Positions 1-11,475 of a stretch of DNA of 64,000 bases are shown piece after piece. Location of the stretch: contig NC_091282.1 in NCBI RefSeq assembly GCF_032444005.1, positions 655,898,001 to 655,962,000 of the forward strand, written 5' to 3'. The notes below the pieces were generated by a model that saw nothing but the letters and a program-made list of their open reading frames with translations, did not search any database and was not told where the DNA came from. How positions within the stretch are numbered: the first letter of the stretch is position 1; the number at the start of each line of letters is the position of its first letter. A program made the translations under genes and the position numbers. The stretch is from Ranitomeya imitator (Eukaryota).

Positions 1-24
1 AACGTTTTTATTATTATTTGTAAC

Positions 25-3000
25 CAGGGCCGCCATCAGGGCATGACGGCCGTGACTGGCGTATGGGGCCCGGTGGGCAGAGGGGGCCCGCATCGGGCCC
101 TGTCTCATCTGCTCACCGGGACCCTACCGGCAGCCGCAGGCTAACCGGGCCCTTAGCGCTGACGCTGCAGCTGTTTAAAGCTATTGACGTGCGGGCGCGG
201 GCCCGCACGTCAATAGTTAACAGCCGCCAGCCAATCTGAGGCTGGCAGCTGACGTCAGCCGCAGCGTGCGTGCATGTCGCCGGCGTCTGACGTCATTATC
301 AGTTGCCGGCGAGTGCACGCTGCAGCTGCGTGGAGACTTCGCCCGCCGCAGGAGCATGGCCAGGTAAGAAGAACTTCTTTTTTTTTTTTTTTTCTTGAGA
401 GCGGCGATCCGGGGGGCCCAGGGAAGAACACTGGACACAGAGGCAAAAGCTGGACAGAGATGGGGCAGAGTGCTGGACAGAGATGGGGCAGAGTGCTGGA
501 CAGAGATGGGGCAGAGTGCTGGACAGAGATGAGGCAGAGTGCTGGACAGAGATGGGGCAGAGTGCTGGACAGAGATGGGACAGAGTGCTGGACAGAGATG
601 GAGCAGAGTGCTGGACACAGGGGAAAAGTGCTGGACAGAGATGGGGCAGAGTGCTGGACAGAGATGGGACAGAGTGCTGGACAGAGATGGGGCAGAGTGC
701 TGGACAGAGATGGGGCAGAGTGCTGGACACAGGGGCAAAGTGCTGGACAGAGATGGGGCAGAGTGCTGGACAGAGATGAGGCAGAGTGCTGGACAGAGAT
801 GGGGCAGAGTGCTGGACAGAGATGGGGCAGAGTGCTGGACAGAGATGGAGCAGAGTGCTGGACAGAGATGGGGCAGAGTGCTGGACAGAGATGGGACAGA
901 GTGCTGGACAGAGATGGGGCAGAGTGCTGGACACAGGGGAAAAGTGCTGGACAGAGATGGGGCAGAGTGCTGGACAGAGATGGGACAGAGTGCTGGACAG
1001 AGATGGGGCAGAGTGCTGGACAGAGATGGGGCAGAGTGCTGGACACAGGGGCAAAGTGCTGGACAGAGATGGGGCAGAGTGCTGGACAGAGATGGGGCAG
1101 AGTGCTGGACACAGGGGCAAAGTGCTGGACAGAGATGGGGCAGAGTGCTGGACAGAGATGGGGCAGAGTGCTGGACACAGGGGCAAAGTGCTGGACAGAG
1201 ATGGGGCAGAGTGCTGGACAGAGATGGGGCAGAGTGCTGGACAGAGATGGGGCAGAGTGCTGGACAGAGATGGGGCAGAGTGCTGGACAGAGATGGGGCA
1301 GAGTGCTGGACAGAGATGGGGCAGAGTGCTGGACAGAGATGGGGCAGAGTGCTGGACAGAGATGGGGCAGAGTGCTGGACACGGGAAAAGTGCTGGACAG
1401 AGATGGGGCAGAGTGCTGGACAGAGATGGGACAGAGTGCTGGACAGAGATGGGGCAGAGTGCTGGACAGAGATGGGGCAGAGTGCTGGACAGAGATGGGG
1501 CAGAGTGCTGGACAGAGATGGGACAGAGTGCTGGACAGAGATGGGGCAGAGTGCTGGACACAGGGGAAAAGTGCTGGACAGAGATGGGGCAGAGTGCTGG
1601 ACAGAGATGGGACAGAGTGCTGGACAGAGATGGGGCAGAGTGCTGGACAGAGATGGGGCAGAGTGCTGGACACAGGGGCAAAGTGCTGGACAGAGATGGG
1701 GCAGAGTGCTGGACAGAGATGGGGCAGAGTGCTGGACACAGGGGCAAAGTGCTGGACAGAGATGGGGCAGAGTGCTGGACAGAGATGGGGCAGAGTGCTG
1801 GACAGAGATGGGGCAGAGTGCTGGACAGAGATGGGGCAGAGTGCTGGACAGAGATGGGGCAGAGTGCTGGACAGAGATGGGGCAGAGTGCTGGACACAGG
1901 GGCAAAGTGCTGGACAGAGATGGGGCAGAGTGCTGGACAGAGATGGGGCAGAGTGCTGGACAGAGATGGGGCAGAGTGCTGGACAGAGATGGGGCAGAGT
2001 GCTGGACAGAGATGGGGCAGAGTGCTGGACAGAGATGGGGCAGAGTGCTGGACAGAGATGGGGCAGAGTGCTGGACAGAGATGGGGCAGAGTGCTGGACA
2101 GAGATGGGACAGAGTGCTGGACAGAGATGGGGCAGAGTGCTGGACACAGGGGAAAAGTGCTGGACAGAGATGGGGCAGAGTGCTGGACAGAGATGGGACA
2201 GAGTGCTGGACAGAGATGGGGCAGAGTGCTGGACAGAGATGGGGCAGAGTGCTGGACACAGGGGCAAAGTGCTGGACAGAGATGGGGCAGAGTGCTGGAC
2301 AGAGATGGGGCAGAGTGCTGGACACAGGGGCAAAGTGCTGGACAGAGATGGGGCAGAGTGCTGGACAGAGATGAGGCAGAGTGCTGGACAGAGATGGGGC
2401 AGAGTGCTGGACAGAGATGGGGCAGAGTGCTGGACAGAGATGGGGCAGAGTGCTGGACAGAGATGGGGCAGAGTGCTGGACAGAGATGGGACAGAGTGCT
2501 GGACAGAGATGGGGCAGAGTGCTGGACACAGGGGAAAAGTGCTGGACAGAGATGGGGCAGAGTGCTGGACAGAGATGGGACAGAGTGCTGGACAGAGATG
2601 GGGCAGAGTGCTGGACAGAGATGGGGCAGAGTGCTGGACACAGGGGCAAAGTGCTGGACAGAGATGGGGCAGAGTGCTGGACAGAGATGGGGCAGAGTGC
2701 TGGACACAGGGGCAAAGTGCTGGACAGAGATGGGGCAGAGTGCTGGACAGAGATGGGGCAGAGTGCTGGACAGAGATGGGGCAGAGTGCTGGACAGAGAT
2801 GGGGCAGAGTGCTGGACTTAGATGGGGCAGAGAGCTGGACAGAGATGGGGCAGAGTGCTGGACAGAGATGGGGCAGAGTGCTGGACAGAGATGGGGCAGA
2901 GTGCTGGACAGAGATGGGGCAGAGTGCTGGACAGAGATGGGGCAGAATGCTGGACAGAGATGGAGAGGGGTGCTGGACAGAGATGGGGCAGGATTGGACA

Positions 3001-4539
3001 AACATGGGGCAGAGTGCTGGACACAGATGGGGCAGGATTGGAAACAGATGGGGCAGGATTGGAAACAGATGGGGCAGAATGGAGACAGATGGGGCAGGAT
3101 TGGAAACAGATGGGGCAGGATTGGAAACAGATGGGGCAGAGTGCTGGACACAGATGGGGCAGGATTGGAAACAGATGGGGCAGGATTGGAAACAGATGGG
3201 GCAGAATGGAGACAGATGGGGCAGGATTGGAAACAGATGGGGCAGGATTGGAAACAGATGGGGCAGAGTGCTGGACACAGATGGGGCAGGATTGGAAACA
3301 GATGGGGCAGAATGGAGACAGATGGGGCAGGATTGGAGACAGATGGGGCAGGATGGATACGATGGAGACAGATGGGGCAGAATGGAGACAGATGGGGCAG
3401 GATTGGAAACAGATGGGGCAGGATGGATATGATGGAGACAGATGGGGCAGGATGGGGAGATTATATGGGGCAGAATGGATACTCATGAGGGCAGGATGGG
3501 AGAACATATGGCTGGAGCCTGGAATGAGACACACGGGGGCTAGGATGGCGAATATTACCATAGGGGCTAATTAAGGGATATTATTATTGCAGTGATGCAT
3601 TTATTTTATTTTTTGAGTATACTGTTTTAAATGGGGGGCGGTCCTCTTACTGTGTAGAGTGATACTATGTCGCCTTCTTCATGTGGTGTAATGTAGAAGT
3701 TGGGAAAATTAAGTAATGTGTTCTACAAGCGGAACTCGAGATAACTGTGTTATTTCCTGCAGAGACGAGTCCTGCCTGGATGAAGTGATGGCGGTCTGTG
3801 CTGGATGAAAGATGAAGGACTTCACCTAGAGACGTCACTGGTGAGTCAGTGTTACCTATACACTGACACTATACACTGTATACTATATACAGAGGTCCTG
3901 TGTACAATGTCACCAGTGATCACTGTATTACCTCTACACAGACACTGCATACTAATTACAGATCTCCTGTGTATAATGGCACTGATGGTGATAGTATTGT
4001 GGGTTTTTTTTTTATTACTGATCAGTATTGTAGTATTCAGTCATTGGTGGTATTATGTGGTCTGGTCATGATGTAGCGGTATTTGTTCCTTGTATTTTAT
4101 ATTATTCGATCACTGTGGTGGTAATATGTCATCTGGTCATAGTGTTGTGGTATTTGTTCCTTGTATGTAGTATTATAGGTCATTTTAAAAATTGAAAAAT
4201 AAATAAAAATATACCTAAATTGTATTGCATATTTTAACAAATATTTAATAGGTTACAGCAGAGTAGGGCCTGGCCAAAAGTGTCTACCGTGTTATGGTGG
4301 CGGCTTAAAAAATCTTTTGGCCAAAACAAAAGCTGCTGTTATATGTGTGATCTGGTGATGGGAACTGTCAATGTGTGATAGGTGAAAAGTGGAGATTTTC
4401 CAAGAGAGAGCGGTGGGACTGTGGACAGTTCGAGGGGTGGAGCCTGGAGGCGGGGCTGGGGTGGAGCCTGGGCGGAGTCTCAAGGGGGCCCCGAAAATTT
4501 TGCCAGTATGGGGCCCCAAAATTTCTAATGGCAGCCCTG
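25..4539. mobile_element. Non-autonomous hAT-type DNA transposon carrying a 3-kb minisatellite
   Basis: Imperfect 15-bp TIRs CAGGGCCGCCATCAG (25-39) / CTAATGGCAGCCCTG (4525-4539) and a perfect 8-bp TSD TTTGTAAC (17-24, 4540-4547). An 8-bp TSD with CAG termini is typical of hAT. No transposase visible. Confidence 0.8.
430..3480. repeat. Minisatellite, 23-bp unit GGACAGAGATGGGGCAGAGTGCT with 20-bp variant GGACACAGGGGCAAAGTGCT; shifts to GGAAACAGATGGGGCAGGATT-type units after ~2990
   Basis: Tandem units read directly. The unit has no stop codon in any frame, which explains the 600-1050 aa ORFs on both strands. Confidence 0.97.
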
Positions 4540-4547
4540 TTTGTAAC

Positions 4548-4911
4548 ATTAGATCTTTTTACTATTGATGCTGCATACGCAGCATCAATAGTAAAAAGTT
4601 GGTCACACAGGGTTAATAGCTGCGTAACCGGAGTGCGTTACACCGCGCTCCGGTAACGCTGGCATTAACCCTGTGTGAGGGCCGACTGGATGACTGGAGG
4701 GGAGTATGGAGCGGGCACTGATTGCGGGGAGGAAAGAGCGGCCATATTGCCGCCGGACTGTGGCCGTCGCTGATTGGTCGTGACAATGGTCGTGGGCGTT
4801 TTGCCACAACCAATCAGCGACTTGGATTCCATGACAGACAGAGGCCGCGACCAATGAATATCCGGGACAGACGGAAAGACGGAAGTGACCCTTAGACAAT
4901 TATATAGTAGA
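4548..4911 (-). mobile_element. 5' part of a non-autonomous Helitron-like element, same family as 53102-54151; interrupted by the hAT at 25-4539 and continuing past the window start
   Basis: Reverse complement matches 53102-53430 (CCCTTAGACAATTAT, CCAATCAGCGAC, GCAGCATCAATAGTAAAAA). On the minus strand it starts with TC directly after an A (4912). Confidence 0.6.
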
Positions 4912-4985
4912 TGATATTACCCTATGTACAAGAATATAAATACTATGATATTGCTCTATATGTTTTTTTGTTTTCCTAGGTTTGA

Positions 4986-5255
<270 letters not shown>

Positions 5256-7689
5256 TAAGGTTACTATGGCCCCTGTCAAAGGATAAAGAAAAAAAAATGT
5301 GATTGCGTCCCCAACAACATTCACTGGTGGCCTTCGAGAAATCAGCTTAGGGGTTGGGATGGGGATTCATGTTTTTTATTTCTCAAAGCCGAATTGTGTG
5401 GGATGTTTACATCAACTGTGAAGCTTTGTGACCAACAAGCACTTAAGTGGCACAAAGCTGACATAGATTTGCCAATACAAAAAAAAATGAAGCCTCGTTA
5501 ACGCACTTTTTGTGCAAGCCTACGCCGGAATGTTCAGTGACTGTCGTCGCTACTTTGTGAGTTCTGTGTTGATGTTGTAAGGTGAGCGTCGAAAAAATAA
5601 AAAAGAGCAGATTCATTTTTATGTAGATGTAAGGTTAGAAACGTTCTGGGCTTCAGTCTTATGCTTTGAATTGTACTTTAGAGGTATTCCAGGGGCTTTT
5701 TAAAATATTTTTTTTTAGTTTTGAAAAACTAAATCGAATTATAAAATGGAAATAGAACAGACAGTTATTGGACCAGAAATTGATCTATCGATATTAAAAA
5801 TGAAGACGATCCATAATTATGTTGACGTAAGGTTAGAAATGTTCTCTAATTTTTGAAAACACCAAAATGCCTCAAAAAATATTTCAAAAATTTTTGTAAA
5901 AAAACTATAGGATAAAAAAAAACTAAAACCGCTATTGGAACAGACACTGACCTAGAAATACTATGTTTACGAATTTGGAAGTTGTGGTGTTCTTATTCTT
6001 GACTATGCGAATGATTATCGGCACACCAAGTGCATCGAAATGCTAAACCAAAATCTCACCGCATATCTACAACAGCATCATCACCAATGCAAGACCAGCC
6101 AAAAACCTGGACACAGTTTTGGCAACACAATTCAAAGGGGTTGTTTCTCGAACCTTCCATGATCTTGTGACGGTGACTTTTTTCCAAAAAAGAAAAAAAT
6201 AGAGCATATTGTTAGATTCCAAGTTTGCCTTTTTTTTTTGACAAGTTGGGCATTTTTGAACAAATTTTTCTTCTATTATTTTTTTTTTAAAGAATCCTAC
6301 AAAAAAAACAAACCAAAAACGCTGTTATATGATGGTTACATTTACAATGTCTAATTTAGGGGACCAGTACCCTCAACTGACAGTTTTCAGTAAATATATG
6401 TCCTTCAAAATGCCAAATCAAAAGCATCTTTTCTTCAAACAATGCATTGTGCTGCTCCTCTTCTAACACTCCTAGAGATATATAAATAAATGAACAATTA
6501 GGTGATTCCTTTTTTCCCATTGTCCAAGGAGTGGGTTTCTACACTGTCTGACATTGATTGGCTATGTATCAGTTTGTGACCGGATGCGCTCCAGCGGAAT
6601 GGTGTGAAACTCGAAGGAAAACATGCGATTCCTATATAGACATCAGGAGAGCTGACTGTTCCTCTTTAAGCGCTGGGTGGAAATTTAAAGCGGGACCAGT
6701 CACTGCCAGGAATGATCCTTTTCGTGCCAAAGACGCAAGTTTGTCTGAGAAAAGAAAAAAAAAATGTCTACTGTTTCCATGGAAACTTGACATCCCGATT
6801 CAAAAGTGTTCTACCTTGTGATAACAGAGGAAGATAAGGCCTCGGGCGGCGCACTTCAGAATGTAATAGTATATACATGAAGGAAGATAAATACCAGCTC
6901 CCAAAAGTATCTGCTGAATCGTTCATGTGCTCCAGCATTATTTGTGTGTGTGTGCGCAACGTGAAGTATCCAATAAAAATGGAGATGCTTTTTCAGTGTC
7001 TTGGGGTCACTTTGGTTTACATACACTACTAGTCATAGATCCGTAAAAAGCCACCTACAGTCTGCTATGGGTCTGTACTGTACCTATAAAGTAGCATAAA
7101 TAGCAGCTAGTTCCAAGAGAGGGCACTGTATTATACAGTTTTATAGACCTCAGACTCCCTCCATTTACTATGAAAAGATACAAACTGACTAAAAAGGATC
7201 AGGAGTTTAGGACTAGGACTACTTATTATGGGGAGAAACTAGTAAAATGCAGCTGTTGATGGATCTTGCATTTTTATGAGAGCTCAACAGACTTACGCAT
7301 GGGATATTGAACAACACTAGTTATACAGGTGTAAGTAAAAGGAGCTGACCTGAGTTATACTAAGGTCCATCAACAGTGAACAGTTTACTTATAGATGGTT
7401 TACCTGTTACAAATTTGTGGTAATGTTTCCATTTTTCACAAACCACTTCTTTCACAGTCCCATGGTAGGTAAAACTTTTAGGACTCATTGAGTCTGAACA
7501 TCACAAAGTGTTGGCCAGGCTAGACAACACCACGCGTTGGACTGGAGCACCTTAGGCCCACCAGAGAAAATCATTATTGGGACCCACTATGTAGCTACAT
7601 AGAAATAGATACAAGACCACAAAGTGTGCAGTAAAACGCGCTAATATCAGGGAATACTATAAGGTAGTACACGTCTTAATTATGTAGCA

Positions 7690-8430
7690 GGGGTTGGGGT
7701 AGCCCCCTCATAGAATATAATGTAGCCCCCTCATAAAATATAATGCAGTCCCCTCTCATAGAATGTAATGCAGCACCCCACAAAATATAATGCAACCCCC
7801 TCAGGTATAACGCAGTCCCCACCATAGAATATAATGCAGCCCCCCTCATTTAGTATAATGCAGCCCACCACAGAATATAATGCAGCCCCCCCATAGCGTA
7901 TACTGTAGACCCCTCATAGGGCATAATGCTGCCCCCTCATCTAGCATGATGTAGCCCCCCCAGAATATAATGTAGTCCCCTAAGAGAATAATGCAGTCCA
8001 CCACAGAATCTAATGAAGCCCCCCATAAAGTATACTGTAGCCCCCTCATAGGGCATCATGCTGCCCCCCCTCATATGGTATTATGTAGCCCCCCCAGAAT
8101 ATAATGTAGTCCTGAGAGAATGCAGCCCCACTACAGAATATAATGGTGCCCCCATAGAGTATACTGTAGCCCCCTCATATAGTAATATGTAGCCCCCCCA
8201 GAATATAATTAGTCCCGAGAGAATAATAATCTTTATTTTTATATAGCGCTAACATATTCCACAGCGCTTTACAGTTTGCACAGATTATCATAATAATAAT
8301 GCAGCCCCCCCATAGAGTATACTGTAGCCCCCTCATATAGTATGATGCAGCCCCCCATAATATAATGTAGTCCTGAGAATAATGCAGCCCCCACAGAATA
8401 TAATGTAGCCCCCTCATAAAGTATAATGCA
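7690..8430. repeat. Degenerate short-unit tandem repeat (GCAGCCCCC...AGAATATAAT)
   Basis: Recurrent motif read directly; interrupted by an L2-type tail at ~8222-8290. Confidence 0.85.
8222..8290 (-). mobile_element. Short 3' tail of an L2-mobilised SINE/LINE
   Basis: Minus strand TGTAAAGCGCTGTGGAATATGTTAGCGCTATATAAAAATAAAGATTATTATT, nearly identical to the tails at 48181-48240 and 61945-62005. Confidence 0.75.
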
Positions 8431-8439
8431 GCCCCTCTC

Positions 8440-8930
8440 CACCCCATCATTATCCTCATCACTACCTCCATCATTGCCTTCTCCCCCCACCCCCATCACT
8501 GCCCATTCCACCACCTCCATCATTGCCTCCTCCCCCACCATCATTGCCCATTTCATCACCTCCATCATTGCTTCCCCCCACAATCATTGCCCATCACCTC
8601 CCTCATTGCCTCCCCCAACAACCATCATTGCCCATTATCTCCATCATTGCCCATTTAATCAACTCCATCATTGCCTCCCACCACCATCATTGCCCATCAC
8701 CTCCATCATTGCCTCCCCCAACCACCATCATTGCCCATCACCTCCATCATTGCTTCCTCCTACCACCATTGCTCATCACCTCCATCATTGCCCATCACTT
8801 CCATCATTGCGTCCCCCACCATCATTGCCCATCACTTCCATCATTGCCTCACCTCACCCTCATTGCCCATCACCTCCGTCATTGTGTCCCCCTCCATCAT
8901 TGCCCATCAGTTCCATCATTGCCCATCACT
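8440..8930. repeat. Low-complexity (CCATCATTGC)-based tandem repeat
   Basis: Repeated CTCCATCATTGCCCATCA units; source of the His/Pro-rich spurious ORFs. Confidence 0.9.
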
Positions 8931-9167
8931 TCGCAGCAGCAGCACATCCCGGCAGCCTCTTCCTCGCTGGCAGCTTTCTGTCTGATACAGCGCGCTGGAT
9001 GATGACATCATCCAGCTGGGCTGTCTCAAGCAGGATGCCGGGAGGTGAGCTGTGTGTCTGTGTATGTGTGCAGTGCTTTGTGCGTGTGTGTATGCGGTGC
9101 GGTGGTGGTGGGGCTTTACATGCAGGCAGTGATAGCTGCAGCCTGCGGCTAACGCTGCCCGCTATTA

Positions 9168-9711
9168 GGCTGCCGTCACACTAGCAGTATTTGGTCAGTA
9201 TTTTACATCAGTATTTGTAAGCCAAAACCAGGAGTGGATGATAAATGCAGAAGTGGTGCATATGTGCACACGTCAGGATTTTTTCCTGACAAAATCCTGA
9301 GAATTCTGCCAGAAATCCGCGTGCTTTTTTCGCGGAATTTGCGCGTTTTTTTGCGCGGATTTTTTGCGTTTTTTTTTTTCCGGAATGACCTTTTTGATAG
9401 CAAATCCGCAAAAAATCCGGAAAAAGATAGAGCATGTCCGGATTTTTTGCAGTATGCGTTTTTTTTGCGGAAAAAAACGCTAACATCTGCACAAAAAATG
9501 CGGAATGCATTCTAAAACATAGGATGCATAATGTTAGCGTTTTTTGACCGGATTTATAGCGTTTTTATAGCGAAATTCCGCAAAAAAAACGCTAAAAATC
9601 CTGACGTGTGCACATACCCCTATACTTTTCCTCTAATTGTTCCACTCCTGGTTTTGGCTTACAAATACTGATGTAAAATACTGACCAAATACTGCTAGTG
9701 TGACGGCAGCC
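9168..9711. mobile_element. PIF/Harbinger-type MITE with a second MITE nested at ~9261-9620
   Basis: Long TIRs beginning GGCTGCCGTCACACTAGCAGTATTTGG; 3-bp TSD TTA (9165-9167, 9712-9714). Inner arms TATGTGCACACGTCAGG / CCTGACGTGTGCACATA. Confidence 0.85.
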
Positions 9712-10276
9712 TTAAAGAGAAATGGTATTCACGCATCTCCACGCCCATAGGGGCGTGGAGAAGCATTAATATTCATTTTGCTTTAGCAGCAGGGACATGA
9801 TCCTGTCTCCAGCTGCTGCTACGCTGGCAAAGGGCAGGTCCCCTTGACTCACGGGTCCTATAGCCACTGGCTGGCAGGCATGAAACAACAAAAGAAAAAA
9901 TGGAGTTCTATACAAAATTATCACAATATAAGTACATTTTATTACATGAAAATTAACCATACATTGACAATCAATACAAAGGAAGCAAGGAGACCCTAGT
10001 ATAAAACATCCTAATCCCAGGCACGGAGATATGTAAAATCACCATGGTATTAGTAAAAAAGCACCAATGCTAGTACAAAAAAGTATGGTGCATCGCCGTG
10101 TGTAACTGGCTGACATTAACATATAATATGGAACACCATATAACAATGAATAGCGATCGTTTCCATATAAACAAGTGTCACCCATACAGGGAGGAAACAA
10201 AGCAATTAAAGTGCATACAAGGTGCAAAATATCTTACCCATGGTGTAAGTAACCGGCGCCTGGGACCCTGGATAGA

Positions 10277-10316
10277 CCCCCCTAACGCGCGTTTCGCGTA
10301 GCTTTCTCAAAGAGGG
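10277..10316 (-). ncRNA. Minimal type I hammerhead ribozyme-like motif (U3-A8 core variant), probably a Penelope-like element pLTR remnant
   Basis: Minus strand CCCUCU-UUGAGAA-A-GC-UAC-GC-GAAAC-GCGC-GUU-AGGGGG. Stem I pairs, the core has the U3/A8 covariation, helix III (ACGCGCGU) is palindromic, and the GUU triplet fits NUH. Helix II is weak. Confidence 0.55.
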
Positions 10317-11080
10317 ACTATCTACATGGATAGAATCCGATATTCATCTAAATTTCTAGGTGTTTCATGTGGGATCCATGTTATCTCTGTGAGTGTGTTT
10401 ATGCTGGCAGGTATGCCAGCAGTTGTCAGTGCCTGGGCCCACCGGAGAATCCTCCGGTTCTCCAGTGAGCCAGTCCGAACCTGACGCCACAAATTCTCAC
10501 TTTGTTAATTGGACACAGGGGGTCTTGATAGTCCAGCTCTCTTATTTCTAGCTAAGTGATTGAGAGGTCAATATATGTGTCCCTTGTCGAATCCTCTGAG
10601 GCTGGGCAATCAATCCCTAAGTCAAGAATGAGTCACTCTTCCAATCTTCAAAGCCAGGCTATCAAACCCAAAGCCAAGAATAAATCATCAGTCCAAACCT
10701 CTGGGGCCAGGCTATCGATTCCTAAGCCAAGAATGAGCTAGCAGTCCAATCCTCTGAGGCTGGGTTATTGTTTCCTAAGCCAATAATGAATCACCAGACC
10801 AACCCCCTGAGGCTGGGTTATCGATTAGTAAGCCAAGAATGAGTCATCAGTTCTAGCCTCTCAGGCAGGGTTAGGCTGGGTTCACATTGCTTATGGCAGT
10901 CCGTTAGGTGGACTGCGTCCCACCGTGGCATATTGTGGTGTAAGTAAAGAAGCTGCGGAGACACCATCACGTGTTTCTCGACGCAAGCAGTGAATAGCCA
11001 GGCCTTTCCCCGGGAAGGAACAACCACGGGAAGGGCAGCATCCTATGAAGGAAAGCCACCTATGCCAAGCATGGTATCCA

Positions 11081-11125
11081 TCCACAGACAGCTGTTTCGG
11101 GGTTTTTGCCCCTCATCAGTGTGGA
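11081..11125 (-). ncRNA. Type I hammerhead ribozyme, copy 1 (predicted cleavage after GUC, between 11087 and 11086)
   Basis: Minus strand UCCACA-CUGAUGA-GGGG-CAAAAA-CCCC-GAAAC-AGCU-GUC-UGUGGA: 6-bp stem I, full consensus core, 4-bp stem II with 6-nt loop, palindromic minimal helix III. Confidence 0.92.
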
Positions 11126-11430
11126 GTAGGAATCTGGCTATTAGGAGCAGTGCCTAGTAAAAAGGCTATAAAGGCACAGATGATTGGCCTCGGGGAGACC
11201 AAAACATCCAACACCGCGGAGACACCATCACGTGTTCCTCAACGCAGTGATTCCAGAACACTGCCCCCATCCCTTATGGGAAATATGCAGATGCATGTAA
11301 AGAAGCTGCGGAGACACCATCACGTGTTTCTCGACGCAAGCAGTGAATAGCCAGGCCTTTCCCCGGGAAGGAACCACGGGAAGGGCAGCATCCTATGAAG
11401 GAAAGCCACCTATGCCAAGCATGGTATCCA

Positions 11431-11475
11431 TCCACAGACAGCTGTTTCGGGGTTTTTGCCCCTCATCAGTGTGGA
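11431..11475 (-). ncRNA. Type I hammerhead ribozyme, copy 2 (predicted cleavage between 11437 and 11436)
   Basis: Identical 45-nt motif exactly 350 bp from copy 1. Confidence 0.92.

Larger units (their letters stand above)
7531..10483. mobile_element. Probable degenerate non-autonomous hAT-like element enclosing tandem repeats and nested inserts
   Basis: Ends GTTGGACTGG...GGCCCACCAGAG and GGGCCCACCGGAG...CCAGTCCGAACCTG are partial inverted repeats. Possible degraded 8-bp TSD (ACACCACG / ACGCCACA). Boundaries approximate. Confidence 0.35.

Noticed and set aside
217-3574. Very long ORFs (up to 1052 aa) on both strands
   Set aside because: They are translations of a stop-free 23-bp minisatellite; open in all frames with no coding asymmetry.
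8426-9184. His/Pro-rich ORFs
   Set aside because: Derived from the CCATCATTGC low-complexity repeat.
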